DNA from: Eledone cirrhosa
Taxonomy: Eukaryota
NCBI GenBank assembly: GCA_964016885.1
Contig: OZ024742.1
Location: 378,014,001 to 378,078,000, forward strand
Length of the DNA: 64,000 nucleotides
Direction of reading: 5' to 3'
The notes beneath the pieces were generated by a model. It saw only the letters and a list, made by a program, of their open reading frames with translations, did no database searches and had not been told where the DNA came from. Made by a program: the position numbers and the translations under genes. This document shows positions 13,101 to 26,900 of this stretch, piece after piece (positions within the stretch are counted from its first letter, which is position 1; every line of letters begins with the position of its first letter).

Positions 13101-13990
13101 AGTTTAACACGTGACAGGAGTAGAAATATGTTCTAGTCTTCTGTAGAGGTAGTTTAACAAGTGACACAAGTAGAAATATGTTCTCTGTTCTAGTCTTCTG
13201 TCGAGATAGTTTAACAAGTGACAGAAGTAGAAATATGTTCTAGTCTTCTGTAGAGATAGTTTAACAAGTGACAGAACTAGAAATATGTTCTACTCTTCTG
13301 TAGAGGTAGTTTAACAAGTGACAGAAGTAGAAATATGTTCTAGTCTTCTGTAGAGATAGTTTAACATGTGCCAGAAGTAGAAATATGTTCTAGTCTTCTG
13401 TAGAGATAGTTTAACAAGTGACAGAAGTAGAAATATGTTCTAGTCTTCTGTAGAGATAGTTTAACATGTGACAGAAGTAGAAATATATTCTAGTCTTCTG
13501 TAGAGATAGTTTAACACGTGACAGGAGTAGAAATATGTTCTAGTCTTCTGTAGAGATAGTTTAACAAGTGACAGAAGTAGAAATATGTTCTAGTCTTCTG
13601 TAGAGATAGTTTAACATGTGACAGAAGTAGAAATATGTTCTAGTCTTCTGTAGAGATAGTTTAACATGTGACAGAAGTAGAAATATGTTCTTGTCTTCTG
13701 TAGAGGTAGTTTAACGAGGGACAGAAGTAGAAATATATTCTAGTCTTCTGTAGAGATAGTTTAACACGTGACAGGAGTAGAAATATGTTCTAGTCTTCTG
13801 TAGAGATAGTTTAACAAGTGACAGAAGTAGAAACATGTCCTAGTCTTCTGTGGAGGTAGTTTAACAAGTGACAGAAGTAGAAATATGTTCTTGTCTTCTG
13901 TAGAGGTAGTTTAACGAGTGACAGAAGTAGAAATATGTTCTAGTCTTCTGTAGAGATAGTTTAACAAGTGACAGAAGTAGAAATATGTTC
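10150..13990. repeat. Partial block duplication, offset 2171 bp (43 monomers including 3 57-mers)
   Basis: CAGAACTAG occurs at 11101/13272 and GTAGCAG at 10583/12754, with the same variant order over about 1.7 kb and a few private SNPs. Confidence 0.8.
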
Positions 13991-16900
13991 TAGTCTTCTA
14001 TAGAGATAGTATAACAAGGGACAGAATTAGAAATATGTTCTAGTCTTCTGTAGAGATAGTTTAACAAGTGACAGAAGTAGAAATATGTTGTAGTCTTCTG
14101 TAGAGATAGTTTAACATGTGACAGAAGTAGAAATATGTTCTTGTCTTCTGTAGAGGTAGTTTAACGAGGGACAGAAGTAGAAATATGTTCTAGTCTTCTG
14201 TAGAGATAGTTTAACAAGTGACAGAAGTAGAAATATGTTCTAGTCTTCTGTAGAGATAGTTTAACATGTGACAGAAGTAGAAATATATTCTAGTCTTCTG
14301 TAGAGATAGTTTAACACGTGACAGGAGTAGAAATATGTTCTAGTCTTCTGTAGAGATAGTTTAACAAGTGACAGAAGTAGAAATATGTTCTAGTCTTCTG
14401 TAGAGATAGTTTAACATGTGACAGAAGTAGAAATATGTTCTAGTCTTCTGTAGAGATAGTTTAACATGTGACAGAAGTAGAAATATGTTCTTGTCTTCTG
14501 TAGAGGTAGTTTAACGAGGGAAAGAAGTAGAAATATATTCTAGTCTTCTGTAGAGATAGTTTAACACGTGACAGGAGTAGAAATATGTTCTAGTCTTCTG
14601 TAGAGATAGTTTAACAAGTGACAGAAGTAGAAACATGTCCTAGTCTTCTGTGGAGGTAGTTTAACAAGTGACAGAAGTAGAAATATGTTCTTGTCTTCTG
14701 TAGAGGTAGTTTAACGAGTGACAGAAGTAGAAATATGTTCTAGTCTTCTGTAGAGATAGTTTAACAAGTGACAGAAGTAGAAATATGTTCTAGTCTTCTG
14801 TAGAGATAGTTTAACATGTGACAGAATTAGAAATATGTTCTTGTCTTCTGTAGAGGTAGTTTAACGAGTGACAGAAGTAGAAATATATTCCAGTCTTCTG
14901 TAGAGATAGTGTAACAAGCGACAGAAGTAGAAATATGTTCTAGTCTTCTGTAGAGATAGTTTTAAAAGGAACAGAAGTAGAAATATGTTCTAGTCTTCTG
15001 TAGAGATAGTTTAACAAGTGACAGAAGTAGAAATATGTTCTAATCTTCTGTAGAGATAGTTTAACAACCGACAGAAGTAGAAATATGTTCTATGTTCTAG
15101 TCTTCTGTAGAGTTAGTTTAACAAGTGACACAAGTAGAAATATGTTCTAGTCTTCTGTAGAGATAGTTTAACGAGTGACAGGAGTAGAATTATGTTCTAG
15201 TCTTCTGTAGAGTTAGTTTAACAAGTGACAGAAGTAGGATTATGTTCTAGTCTTCTGTAGAGTTAGTATAACATGTGACAGAAGTAGAAATATGTTCTAG
15301 TCTTCTGTAGAGATAGTTTAACAAGGGACAGAATTAGAAATATGTTCTAGTCTTCTGTAGAGATAGTTTAACAAGTGACAGAAGTAGAAATATGTTGTAG
15401 TCTTCTGTAGAGATAGTTTAACAAGTGACAGAAGTAGAAATATGCCATAGTCTTCTGTGGAGATAGTTTAACAAGTGACAGATGTAGAAATATGTTCTTG
15501 TCTTCTGTAGAGGTAGTTTAACGAGTGACAGAAGTAGAAATATGTTCTAGTCTTCAGTAGAGATAGTTTAACAAGCGACAGAAGTAGAAATATGTTCTAG
15601 TCTTCTGTAGAGATAGTTTAACAAGTGACAGATTTAGAAATATGTTCTAGTCTTCTGTAGAGATAGTTTAAAAAGGGACAGAAGTAGAAATATGTTCTAG
15701 TCTTCTGTAGAGATAGTTTAACAAGTAGCAGAAGTAAAAATATGTTCTAGTCTTCTGTAGAGATAGTTTAACAAGCGACAGAAGTAGAAATATGTTCTAT
15801 GTTCTAGTCTTCTGTAGAGATAGTTTAACAAGTGACAGAAGTAGAAATATGTTCTAGTCTTCTGTAGAGATAGTTTAACAAGTGACAGTAGTAGAAATAT
15901 GTTCTAGTCTTCTGTAGAGATAGTTTAACAAGGGACAGAAGTAGAAATATGTTCTAGTCTTCTGTAGAGATAGTTTAACATGTGCCAGAAGTAGAAATAT
16001 GTTCTAGTCTTCTGTAGAGATAGTTTAACAAGTGACAGAAGTAGAAATATGTTCTAGTCTTCTGTAGAGATAGTTTAACACGTGACAGGAGTAGAAATAT
16101 GTTCTAGTCTTCTGTAGAGGTAGTTTAACAAGTGACACAAGTAGAAATATGTTCTCTGTTCTAGTCTTCTGTCGAGATAGTTTAACAAGTGACAGAAGTA
16201 GAAATATGTTCTAGTCTTCTGTAGAGATAGTTTAACAAGTGACAGAACTAGAAATATGTTCTACTCTTCTGTAGAGGTAGTTTAACAAGTGACAGAAGTA
16301 GAAATATGTTCTAGTCTTCTGTAGAGATAGTTTAACATGTGCCAGAAGTAGAAATATGTTCTAGTCTTCTGTAGAGATAGTTTAACAAGTGACAGAAGTA
16401 GAAATATGTTCTAGTCTTCTGTAGAGATAGTTTAACATGTGACAGAAGTAGAAATATATTCTAGTCTTCTGTAGAGATAGTTTAACACGTGACAGGAGTA
16501 GAAATATGTTCTAGTCTTCTGTAGAGATAGTTTAACAAGTGACAGAAGTAGAAATATGTTCTAGTCTTCTGTAGAGATAGTTTAACATGTGACAGAAGTA
16601 GAAATATGTTCTAGTCTTCTGTAGAGATAGTTTAACATGTGACAGAAGTAGAAATATGTTCTTGTCTTCTGTAGAGGTAGTTTAACGAGGGACAGAAGTA
16701 GAAATATATTCTAGTCTTCTGTAGAGATAGTTTAACACGTGACAGGAGTAGAAATATGTTCTAGTCTTCTGTAGAGATAGTTTAACAAGTGACAGAAGTA
16801 GAAACATGTCCTAGTCTTCTGTGGAGGTAGTTTAACAAGTGACAGAAGTAGAAATATGTTCTTGTCTTCTGTAGAGGTAGTTTAACGAGTGACAGAAGTA

Positions 16901-17087
16901 GAAATATGTTCTAGTCTTCTGTAGAGATAGTTTAACAAGTGACAGAAGTAGAAATATGTTCTAGTCTTCTATAGAGATAGTATAACAAGGGACAGAATTA
17001 GAAATATGTTCTAGTCTTCTGTAGAGATAGTTTAACAAGTGACAGAAGTAGAAATATGTTGTAGTCTTCTGTAGAGATAGTTTAACA
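11201..17087. repeat. Higher-order tandem duplication, period 2971 bp (59 monomers including 3 57-mers), ~2 copies
   Basis: Four markers sit at offset 2971: the AAGAAG of GGGAAAGAAG at 11551/14522, TTCCAG at 11917/14888, AATCTTC at 12071/15042 and TTCTCTGTTC at 13181/16152. Confidence 0.92.
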
Positions 17088-17980
17088 AGTGACAGATGTA
17101 GAAATATGTTCTAGTCTTCTGTAGAGATAGTTTAACATGTGACAGAAGTAGAAATATGTTCTAGTCTTCTGTAGAGATAGTTTAACATGTGACAGAAGTA
17201 GAAATATGTTCTTGTCTTCTGTAGAGGTAGTTTAACGAGTGACAGAAGTAGAAATATATTCCAGTCTTCTGTAGAGATAGTGTAACAAGCGACAGAAGTA
17301 GAAATATGTTCTAGTCTTCTGTAGAGATAGTTTTAAAAGGAACAGAAGTAGAAATATGTTCTAGTCTTCTGTAGAGATAGTTTAACAAGTGACAGAAGTA
17401 GAAATATGTTCTAATCTTCTGTAGAGATAGTTTAACAACCGACAGAAGTAGAAATATGTTCTATGTTCTAGTCTTCTGTAGAGTTAGTTTAACAAGTGAC
17501 ACAAGTAGAAATATGTTCTAGTCTTCTGTAGAGATAGTTTAACGAGTGACAGGAGTAGAATTATGTTCTAGTCTTCTGTAGAGTTAGTTTAACAAGTGAC
17601 AGAAGTAGGATTATGTTCTAGTCTTCTGTAGAGTTAGTATAACATGTGACAGAAGTAGAAATATGTTCTAGTCTTCTGTAGAGATAGTTTCACATGTGAC
17701 AGAAGTAGAAATATGTTCTAGTCTTCTGTAGAGATAGTTTAACATGTGACAGAAGTAGAAATATGTTCTTGTCTTCTGTAGAGGTAGTTTAACGAGTGAC
17801 AGAAGTAGAAATATATTCTAGTCTTCTGTAGAGATAGTTTAACAAGCGACAGAAGTAGAAATATGTTCTAGTCTTCTGTAGAGATAGTTTAACAAGTGAC
17901 AGAAGTAGAAATATGTTCTAGTCTTCTGTAGAGATAGTTTAACAAGTGACAGATGTAGAAATATGTTCTAGTCTTCTGTA

Positions 17981-20900
17981 GAGATAGTTTAACAAGTGAC
18001 AGAAGTAGAAATATGTTGTAGTCTTCTGTAGAGATAGTTTAACAAGTGACAGATGTAGAAATATGTTCTAGTCTTCTGTAGAGATAGTTTAACATGTGAC
18101 AGAAGTAGAAATATGTTCTAGTCTTCTGTAGAGATAGTTTAACATGTGACAGAAGTAGAAATATGTTCTTGTCTTCTGTAGAGGTAGTTTAACGAGTGAC
18201 AGAAGTAGAAATATATTCCAGTCTTCTGTAGAGATAGTGTAACAAGCGACAGAAGTAGAAATATGTTCTAGTCTTCTGTAGAGATAGTTTTAAAAGGAAC
18301 AGAAGTAGAAATATGTTCTAGTCTTCTGTAGAGATAGTTTAACAAGTGACAGAAGTAGAAATATGTTCTAGTCTTCTGTAGAGATAGTTTAACAACCGAC
18401 AGAAGTAGAAATATGTTCTATGTTCTAGTCTTCTGTAGAGTTAGTTTAACAAGTGACACAAGTAGAAATATGTTCTAGTCTTCTGTAGAGATAGTTTAAC
18501 GAGTGACAGGAGTAGAATTATGTTCTAGTCTTCTGTAGAGTTAGTTTAACAAGTGACAGAAGTAGGATTATGTTCTAGTCTTCTGTAGAGTTAGTATAAC
18601 ATGTGACAGAAGTAGAAATATGTTCTAGTCTTCTGTAGAGATAGTTTCACATGTGACAGAAGTAGAAATATGTTCTAGTCTTCTGTAGAGATAGTTTAAC
18701 ATGTGACAGAAGTAGAAATATGTTCTTGTCTTCTGTAGAGGTAGTTTAACGAGTGACAGAAGTAGAAATATATTCTAGTCTTCTGTAGAGATAGTTTAAC
18801 AAGCGACAGAAGTAGAAATATGTTCTAGTCTTCTGTAGAGATAGTTTAACAAGTGACAGAAGTAGAAATATGTTCTAGTCTTCTGTAGAGATAGTTTAAC
18901 AAGTGACAGATGTAGAAATATGTTCTAGTCTTCTGTAGAGATAGTTTAACAAGGGACAGAATTAGAAACATATTCTAGTCTTCTGTAGAGATAGTTTAAC
19001 AAGTGACAGAAGTAGAAATATGCCATTGTCTTCTGTGGAGATAGTTTAACAAGTGACAGAAGTAGAAATATGTTCTTGTCTTCTGTAGAGGTAGTTTAAC
19101 GAGTGACAGAAGTAGAAATATGTTCTAGTCTTCAGTAGAGATAGTTTAACAAGCGACAGAAGTAGAAATATGTTCTAGTCTTCTGTAGAGATAGTTTAAC
19201 AAGTGACAGATTTAGAAATATGTTCTAGTCTTCTGTAGAGATAGTTTAAAAAGGGACAGAAGTAGAAATATGTTCTAGTCTTCTGTAGAGATAGTTTAAC
19301 AAGTAGCAGAAGTAGAAATATGTTCTAGTCTTCTGTAGAGATAGTTTAACAAGCGACAGAAGTAGAAATATGTTCTATGTTCTAGTCTTGTGTAGAGATA
19401 GTTTAACAAGTGACAGAAGTAGAAATATGTTCTAGTCTTCTGTAGAGATAGTTTAACACGTGACAGGAGTAGAAATATGTTCTAGTCTTCTGTAGAGGTA
19501 GTTTAACAAGTGACACAAGTAGAAATATGTTCTATGTTCTAGTCTTCTGTCGAGATAGTTTAACACGTGACAGAAGTAGAAATATGTTCTAGTCTTCTGT
19601 AGAGATAGTTTAACACGTGACAGGAGTGGAAATATGTTCTAGTCTTCTGTAGAGGTAGTTTAACAAGTGACACAAGTAGAAATATGTTCTATGTTCTAGT
19701 CTTCTGTAGAGATAGTTTCACATGTGACAGAAGTAGAAATATGTTCTAGTCTTCTGTAGAGATAGTTCAACACGTGACAAGAGTAGAATTATGTTCTAGT
19801 CTTCTGTAGAGATAGTTTAACAAGTGAGAGAAGTAGAAATATGTTCTTGTCTTCTGTAGAGGTAGTTTAACGAGTGACAGAAGTAGAAATATGTTCTAGT
19901 CCTCTGTAGAGATAGTTTAACAAGCGACAGAAGTTGAAATATATTCTATGTTCTAGTCTTCTGTAGAGATAGTTTAACAAGTGACAGAAGTAGAAATATG
20001 TTCTAGTCTTCTATAGAGATAGTATAACAAGGGACAGAATTAGAAATATGTTCTAGTCTTCTGTAGAGATAGTTTAACAAGTGACAGAAGTAGAAATATG
20101 TTGTAGTCTTCTGTAGAGATAGTTTAACAAGTGACAGATGTAGAAATATGTTCTAGTCTTCTGTAGAGATAGTTTAACATGTGACAGAAGTAGAAATATG
20201 TTCTAGTCTTCTGTAGAGATAGTTTAACATGTGACAGAAGTAGAAATATGTTCTTGTCTTCTGTAGAGGTAGTTTAACGAGTGACAGAAGTAGAAATATA
20301 TTCCAGTCTTCTGTAGAGATAGTGTAACAAGCGACAGAAGTAGAAATATGTTCTAGTCTTCTGTAGAGATAGTTTTAAAAGGAACAGAAGTAGAAATATG
20401 TTCTAGTCTTCTGTAGAGATAGTTTAACAAGTGACAGAAGTAGAAATATGTTCTAGTCTTCTGTAGAGATAGTTTAACAACTGACAGAAGTAGAAATATG
20501 TTCTATGTTCTAGTCTTCTGTAGAGTTAGTTTAACAAGTGACACAAGTAGAAATATGTTCTAGTCTTCTGTAGAGATAGTTTAACGAGTGACAGGAGTAG
20601 AATTATGTTCTAGTCTTCTGTAGAGTTAGTTTAACAAGTGACAGAAGTAGGATTATGTTCTAGTCTTCTGTAGAGTTAGTATAACATGTGACAGAAGTAG
20701 AAATATGTTCTAGTCTTCTGTAGAGATAGTTTCACATGTGACAGAAGTAGAAATATGTTCTAGTCTTCTGTAGAGATAGTTTAACATGTGACAGAAGTAG
20801 AAATATGTTCTTGTCTTCTGTAGAGGTAGTTTAACGAGTGACAGAAGTAGAAATATATTCTAGTCTTCTGTAGAGATAGTTTAACAAGCGACAGAAGTAG

Positions 20901-23900
20901 AAATATGTTCTAGTCTTCTGTAGAGATAGTTTAACAAGTGACAGAAGTAGAAATATGTTCTAGTCTTCTGTAGAGATAGTTTAACAGGTGACAGATGTAG
21001 AAATATGTTCTAGTCTTCTGTAGAGATAGTTTAACAAGGGACAGAATTAGAAATATGTTCTAGTCTTCTGTAGAGATAGTTTAACAAGTGACAGAAGTAG
21101 AAATATGCCATTGTCTTCTGTGGAGATAGTTTAACAAGTGACAGAAGTAGAAATATGTTCTTGTCTTCTGTAGAGGTAGTTTAACGAGTGACAGAAGTAG
21201 AAATATGTTCTAGTCTTCAGTAGAGATAGTTTAACAAGCGACAGAAGTAGAAATATGTTCTACTCTTCTGTAGAGATAGTTTAACAAGTGACAGATTTAG
21301 AAATATGTTCTAGTCTTCTGTAGAGATAGTTTAAAAAGGGACAGAAGTAGAAATAAGTTCTAGTCTTCTGTAGAGATAGTTTAACAAGTAGCAGAAGTAA
21401 AAATATGTTCTAGTCTTCTGTAGAGATAGTTTAACAAGCGACAGAAGTAGAAATATGTTCTATGTTCTAGTCTTGTGTAGAGATAGTTTAACAAGTGACA
21501 GAAGTAGAAATATGTTCTAGTCTTCTGTAGAGATAGTTTAACACGTGACAGGAGTAGAAATATGTTCTAGTCTTCTGTAGAGGTAGTTTAACAAGTGACA
21601 CAAGTAGAAATATGTTCTATGTTCTAGTCTTCTGTCGAGATAGTTTAACAAGTGACAGAAGTAGAAACATGTTCTAGTCTTCTGTAGAGATAGTTTAACA
21701 CGTGACAGGAGTAGAAATATGTTCTAGTCTTCTGTAGAGGTAGTTTAACAAGTGACACAAGTAGAAATATGTTCTATGTTCTAGTCTTCTGTAGAGATAG
21801 TTTCACATGTGACAGAAGTAGAAATATGTTCTAGTCTTCTGTAGAGATAGTTCAACACGTGACAAGAGTAGAATTATGTTCTAGTCTTCTGTAGAGATAG
21901 TTTAACAAGTGAGAGAAGTAGAAATATGTTCTTGTCTTCTGTAGAGGTAGTTTAACGAGTGACAGAAGTAGAAATATGTTCTAGTCCTCTGTAGAGATAG
22001 TTTAACAAGCGACAGAAGTTGAAATATGTTCTATGTTCTAGTCTTCTGTAGAGATAGTTTAACAAGTGACAGAAGTAGAAATATGTTCTAGTCTTCTGTA
22101 GAGATAGTTTAACAAGTGACAGAAGTAGAAATATGTTCTAGTCTTCTGTAGAGATAGTTTAACAAGGGACAGAATTAGAAATATGTTCTAGTCTTCTGTA
22201 GAGATAGTTTAACAAGTGACAGAAGTAGAAATATGTTGTAGTCTTCTGTAGAGATAGTTTAACAAGTGACAGAAGTAGAAATATGCCATAGTCTTCTGTG
22301 GAGATAGTTTAACAAGTGACAGAAGTAGAAATATGTTCTTGTCTTCTGTAGAGGTAGTTTAACGAGTGACAGAAATAGAATTATGTTCTAGTCTTCAGTA
22401 GAGATAGTTTAACAAGCGACAGAAGTAGAAGTATGTTCTAGTCTTCTGTAGAGATAGTTTAACAAGTGACAGATTTAGAAATATGTTCTAGTCTTCTGTA
22501 GAGATAGTTTAAAAAGGGACAGAAGAAGAAATATGTTCTAGTCTTCTGTAGAGATAGTTTAACAAGTAGCAGAAGTAAAAATATGTTCTAGTCTTCTGTA
22601 GAGATAGTTTAACAAGCGACAGAAGTAGAAATATGTTCTATGTTCTAGTCTTCTGTAGAGATAGTTTAACAAGTGACAGAAGCAGAAATATGTTCTAGTC
22701 TTCTGTAGAGATAGTTTAACAAGTGACAATAGTAGAAATATGTTCTAGTCTTCTGTAGAGATAGTTTAACAAGGGACAGAAGTAGAAATATGTTCTAGTC
22801 TTCTGTAGAGATTGTTTAACAAGTGACAGATATAGAAATATGTTCTAGTCTTCTGTAGAGATAGTTTAACAAGTGACAGAATTAGTAATATGTTCTAGCC
22901 TTCTGTAGAGATAGTTTAACAAGTGACAGAAGTAAAAATATGTTCTAGTCTTCTGTAGAGGTAGTTTAACAAGTGACACAAGTAGAAATATGTTCTATGT
23001 TCTAGTCTTCTGTCGAGATAGTTTAACAATTGACAGAAGTAGAAATATGTTCTAGTCTTCTGTAGAGATAGTTTAACAAGTGACAGAAGTAGAAATATGT
23101 TCTACTCTTCTGTAGAGGTAGTTTAACAAGTGACAGAAGTAGAAATATGTTCTAGTCTTCTGTAGAGATAGTTTAACATGTGCCAGAAGTAGAAATATGT
23201 TCTAGTCTTCTGTAGAGATAGTTTAACAAGTGACAGAAGTAGAAATATGTTCTAGTCTTCTGTAGAGATAGTTTAACATGTGACAGAAGTAGAAATATAT
23301 TCTAGTCTTCTGTAGAGATAGTTTAACACGTGGCAGGAGTAGAAATATGTTCTAGTCTTCTGTAGAGATAGTTTAACAAGTGACAGAAGTAGAAATATGT
23401 TCTAGTCTTCTGTAGAGATAGTTTAACAAGTGACAGAAGTAGAAATATGTTCTAGTCTTCTGTAGAGATAGTTTAACATGTGACAGAAGTAGAAATATGT
23501 TCTTGTCTTCTGTAGAGGTAGTTTAACGAGTGACAGAAGTGGAAATATATTCTAGTCTTCTGTAGAGATAGTTTAACACGTGACAGGAGTGGAAATATGT
23601 TCTAGTCTTCTGTAGAGATAGTTTAACAAGTGACAGAAGTAGAAACAAGTCCTAGTCTTCTGTGGAGATAGTGTAACAAGTGACAGAAGTAGAAATATGT
23701 TCTTGTCTTCTGTAGAGGTAGTTTAACGAGTGACAGAAGTAGAAATATGTTCTAGTATTCAGTAGAGATAGTTTAACAAGCGACAGAAGTAGAAATATGT
23801 TCTAGTCTTCTGTAGAGATAGTTTAACAAGTGACAGAATTAGAAATATGTTCTAGTCTTTTGTAGAGATAGTTTAAAAAGGGACAGAAGTAGAAATATGT

Positions 23901-26900
23901 TCTAGTCATCTGTAGAGAGAGTTTAACAAGTGACAGAAGTAGAAATATGTTCTAGTCTTCTGTAGAGATAGTTTAACAAGCGACAGAAGTAGAAATATGT
24001 TCTATGTTCTAGTCTTCTGTAGAGATAGTTTAACAAGGGACAGGAGTAGAAATATGTTCTAGTCTTCTGTAGAGATGGTTTAACAAGTGACAGTAGTAGA
24101 AATATGTTCTAGTCTTCTGTAGAGATAGTTTAACAAGGGACAGAAGTAGAAATATGTTCTAGTCTTCTCTAGAGATTGTTTAACAAGTGACAAATGTAGA
24201 AATATGTTCTAGTCTTCTGTAGAGATAGTTTAACAAGTGACAGAAGTAGAAATATGTTCTAGTCGTCTGTAGAGATAGTTTAACAAGTGACAGAAGTAGA
24301 AATATGTTCTAGTCTTCTGTAGAGATAGTTTAACAAGTGACAGAAGTAGAAATATGTTCTAGTCTTCTGTAGAGATAGTTTAACAAGTGACAGATGTAGA
24401 AATATGTTCTAGTCTTCTGTAGAGATAGTTTAACAAGTAACAGGAGTAGAAATATGTTCTAGTCTTCTGTAGAGATAGTTTAACAAGTGACAGTAGTAGA
24501 AATATGTTCTAGTCTTCTGTAGAGATAGTTTAACAAGGGACAGAAGTAGAAATATGTTCTAGTCTTCTCTAGAGATTGTTTAACAAGTGATAGATGTAGA
24601 AATATGTTCTAGTCTTCTGTAGAGATAGTTTAACAAGTGACAGAAGTAGAAATATGTTCTAGTCTTCTGTAGAGATAGTTTAACAAGTGACAGAAGTAGA
24701 AATATGTTCTAGTCTTCTGTAGAGATAGTTTAACAGGTAACAGATGTAGAAATATGTTCTAGTCTTCTGTAGAGATAGTTTCACAAGTGACAGAAGTAGA
24801 AATATGTTCTAGTCTTCTGTAGAGATACTTTAACAAGTGACAGAAGTAGAAATATGTTCTAGTCTTCTGTAGAGATAGTGTAACATGTGACAGAAGTAGA
24901 AATATGTTCTTGTCTTCTGTAGAGGTAGTTTAACGAGTGACAGAAGTAGAAATATATTCTAGTCTTCTGTAGAGATAGTTTAACACGTGACAGGAGTAGA
25001 AATATGTTCTAGTCTTCTGTAGAGATAGTTTAACAAGTGACAGAAGTAGAAATATGTCCTAGTCTTCTGTGGAGATAGTTTAACAAGTGACAGAAGTAGA
25101 AATATGTTCTTGTCTTCTGTAGAGGTAGTTTAACGAGTGACAGAAGTAGAAATATGTTCTAGTCTTCAGTAGAGATAGTTTAACAAGCGACAGAAGTAGA
25201 AATATGTTCTAGTCTTCTGTAGACATAGTTTAACAAGTGACAGAATTAGAAATATGTTCTAGTCTTTTGTAGAGATAGTTTAAAAAGGGACAGAAGTAGA
25301 AATATGTTCTAGTCATCTGTAGAGATAGTTTAACAAGTGACAGAAGTATAAATATGTTCTATTCTTCTGTAGAGATAGTTTAACAAGCGACAGAAGTAGA
25401 AATATGTTCTATGTTCTAGTCTTTTGTAGAGATAGTTTAACAAGTGACAGAAGTAGAAATATGTTCTAGTCTTCTGTAGAGATAGTTTAACAAGTGACAG
25501 AAGTAGAAATATGTTCTAGTCTTCTGTGGAGATAGTTTAACAAGTGACAGAAGTAGAAATATGTTCTTGTCTTCTGTAGAGGTAGTTTAACGAGTGACAG
25601 AAGTAGAAATATGTTCTAGTCTTCAGTAGAGATAGATAAACAAGCGACAGAAGTAGAAATATGTTCTATGTTCTAGTCTTTTGTAGAGATAGTTTAACAA
25701 GTGACAGAAGTAGAAATATGTTCTAGTCTTCTGTAGAGATAGTTTAACAAGGGACAGAAGTAGAAATATGTTCTAGTCTTCTGCAGAGATAGTTTAACAA
25801 GTGACAGAAGTAGAAATATGTTCTTGTCTTCTGTAGAGGTAGTTTAACAAGGGACAGAAGTAGAAATATGTTCTAGTCTTCAGTAGAGATAGTTTAACAA
25901 GCGACAGAAGTAGAAATATGTTCTAGTCTTCTGTAGAGATAGTTTAACAAGTGACAGAATTAGAAATATGTTCTAGTCTTTTGTAGAGATGGTTTAAAAA
26001 GGGACAGAAGTAGAAATATGTTCTAGTCATCTGTAGAGATAGTTTAACAAGTGACAGAAGTAGAAATATGTTCTAGTCTTCTGTAGAGATAGTTTAACAA
26101 GCGACAGAAGTAGAAATATGTTCTATGTTCTAGTCTTTTGTAGAGATAGTTTAACAAGTGACAGAAGTAGAAATATGTTCTAGTCTTCTGTAGAGATAGT
26201 TTAACAAGGGACAGAAGTAGAAATATGTTCTAGTCTTCTGTAGAGATAGTTTAACAAGTGACAGAAGTAGAAATATTTTCTAGTCTTCTGTAGAGGTAGT
26301 TTAACAAGTGACAGAAGTAGAAATATGTTCTAGTCTTCTGTAGAGATAGTTTAACAAGTAACAGATGTAGAAATATGTTCTAGTCTTCTGTAGAGGTAGT
26401 TTAACAAGTGACAGAAGTAGAAATATGTTCTAGTCTTCTGTAGATATAGTTTAACAAGTGACAGAAGTAGAAATATGTTCTAGTCTTCTGTAGAGATAGT
26501 TTAACAAGTGACAGAAGTAGAAATATGTTCTAGTCTTCTGTAGAGATAGTTTAACAAGTGACAGTAGTAGAAATATGTTCTAGTCTTCTGTAGAGATAGT
26601 TTAACAAGGGACAGAAGTAGAAATATGTTCTAGTCTTCTGTAGAGATTGTTTAACAAGTGACAGATGTAGAAATATGTTCTAGTCTTCTGTAGAGATAGT
26701 TTAACAAGTGACAGATTTAGAAATATGTTCTAGTCTTCTGTAGAGATAGTTTAAAAAGGGACAGAAGTAGAAATATGTTCTAGTCTTCTGTAGAGATAGT
26801 TTAACAAGTAGCAGAAGTAAAAATATGCTCTAGTCTTCTGTAGAGATAGTTTAACAAGCGACAGAAGTAGAAATATGTTCTATGTTCTAGTCTTGTGTAG

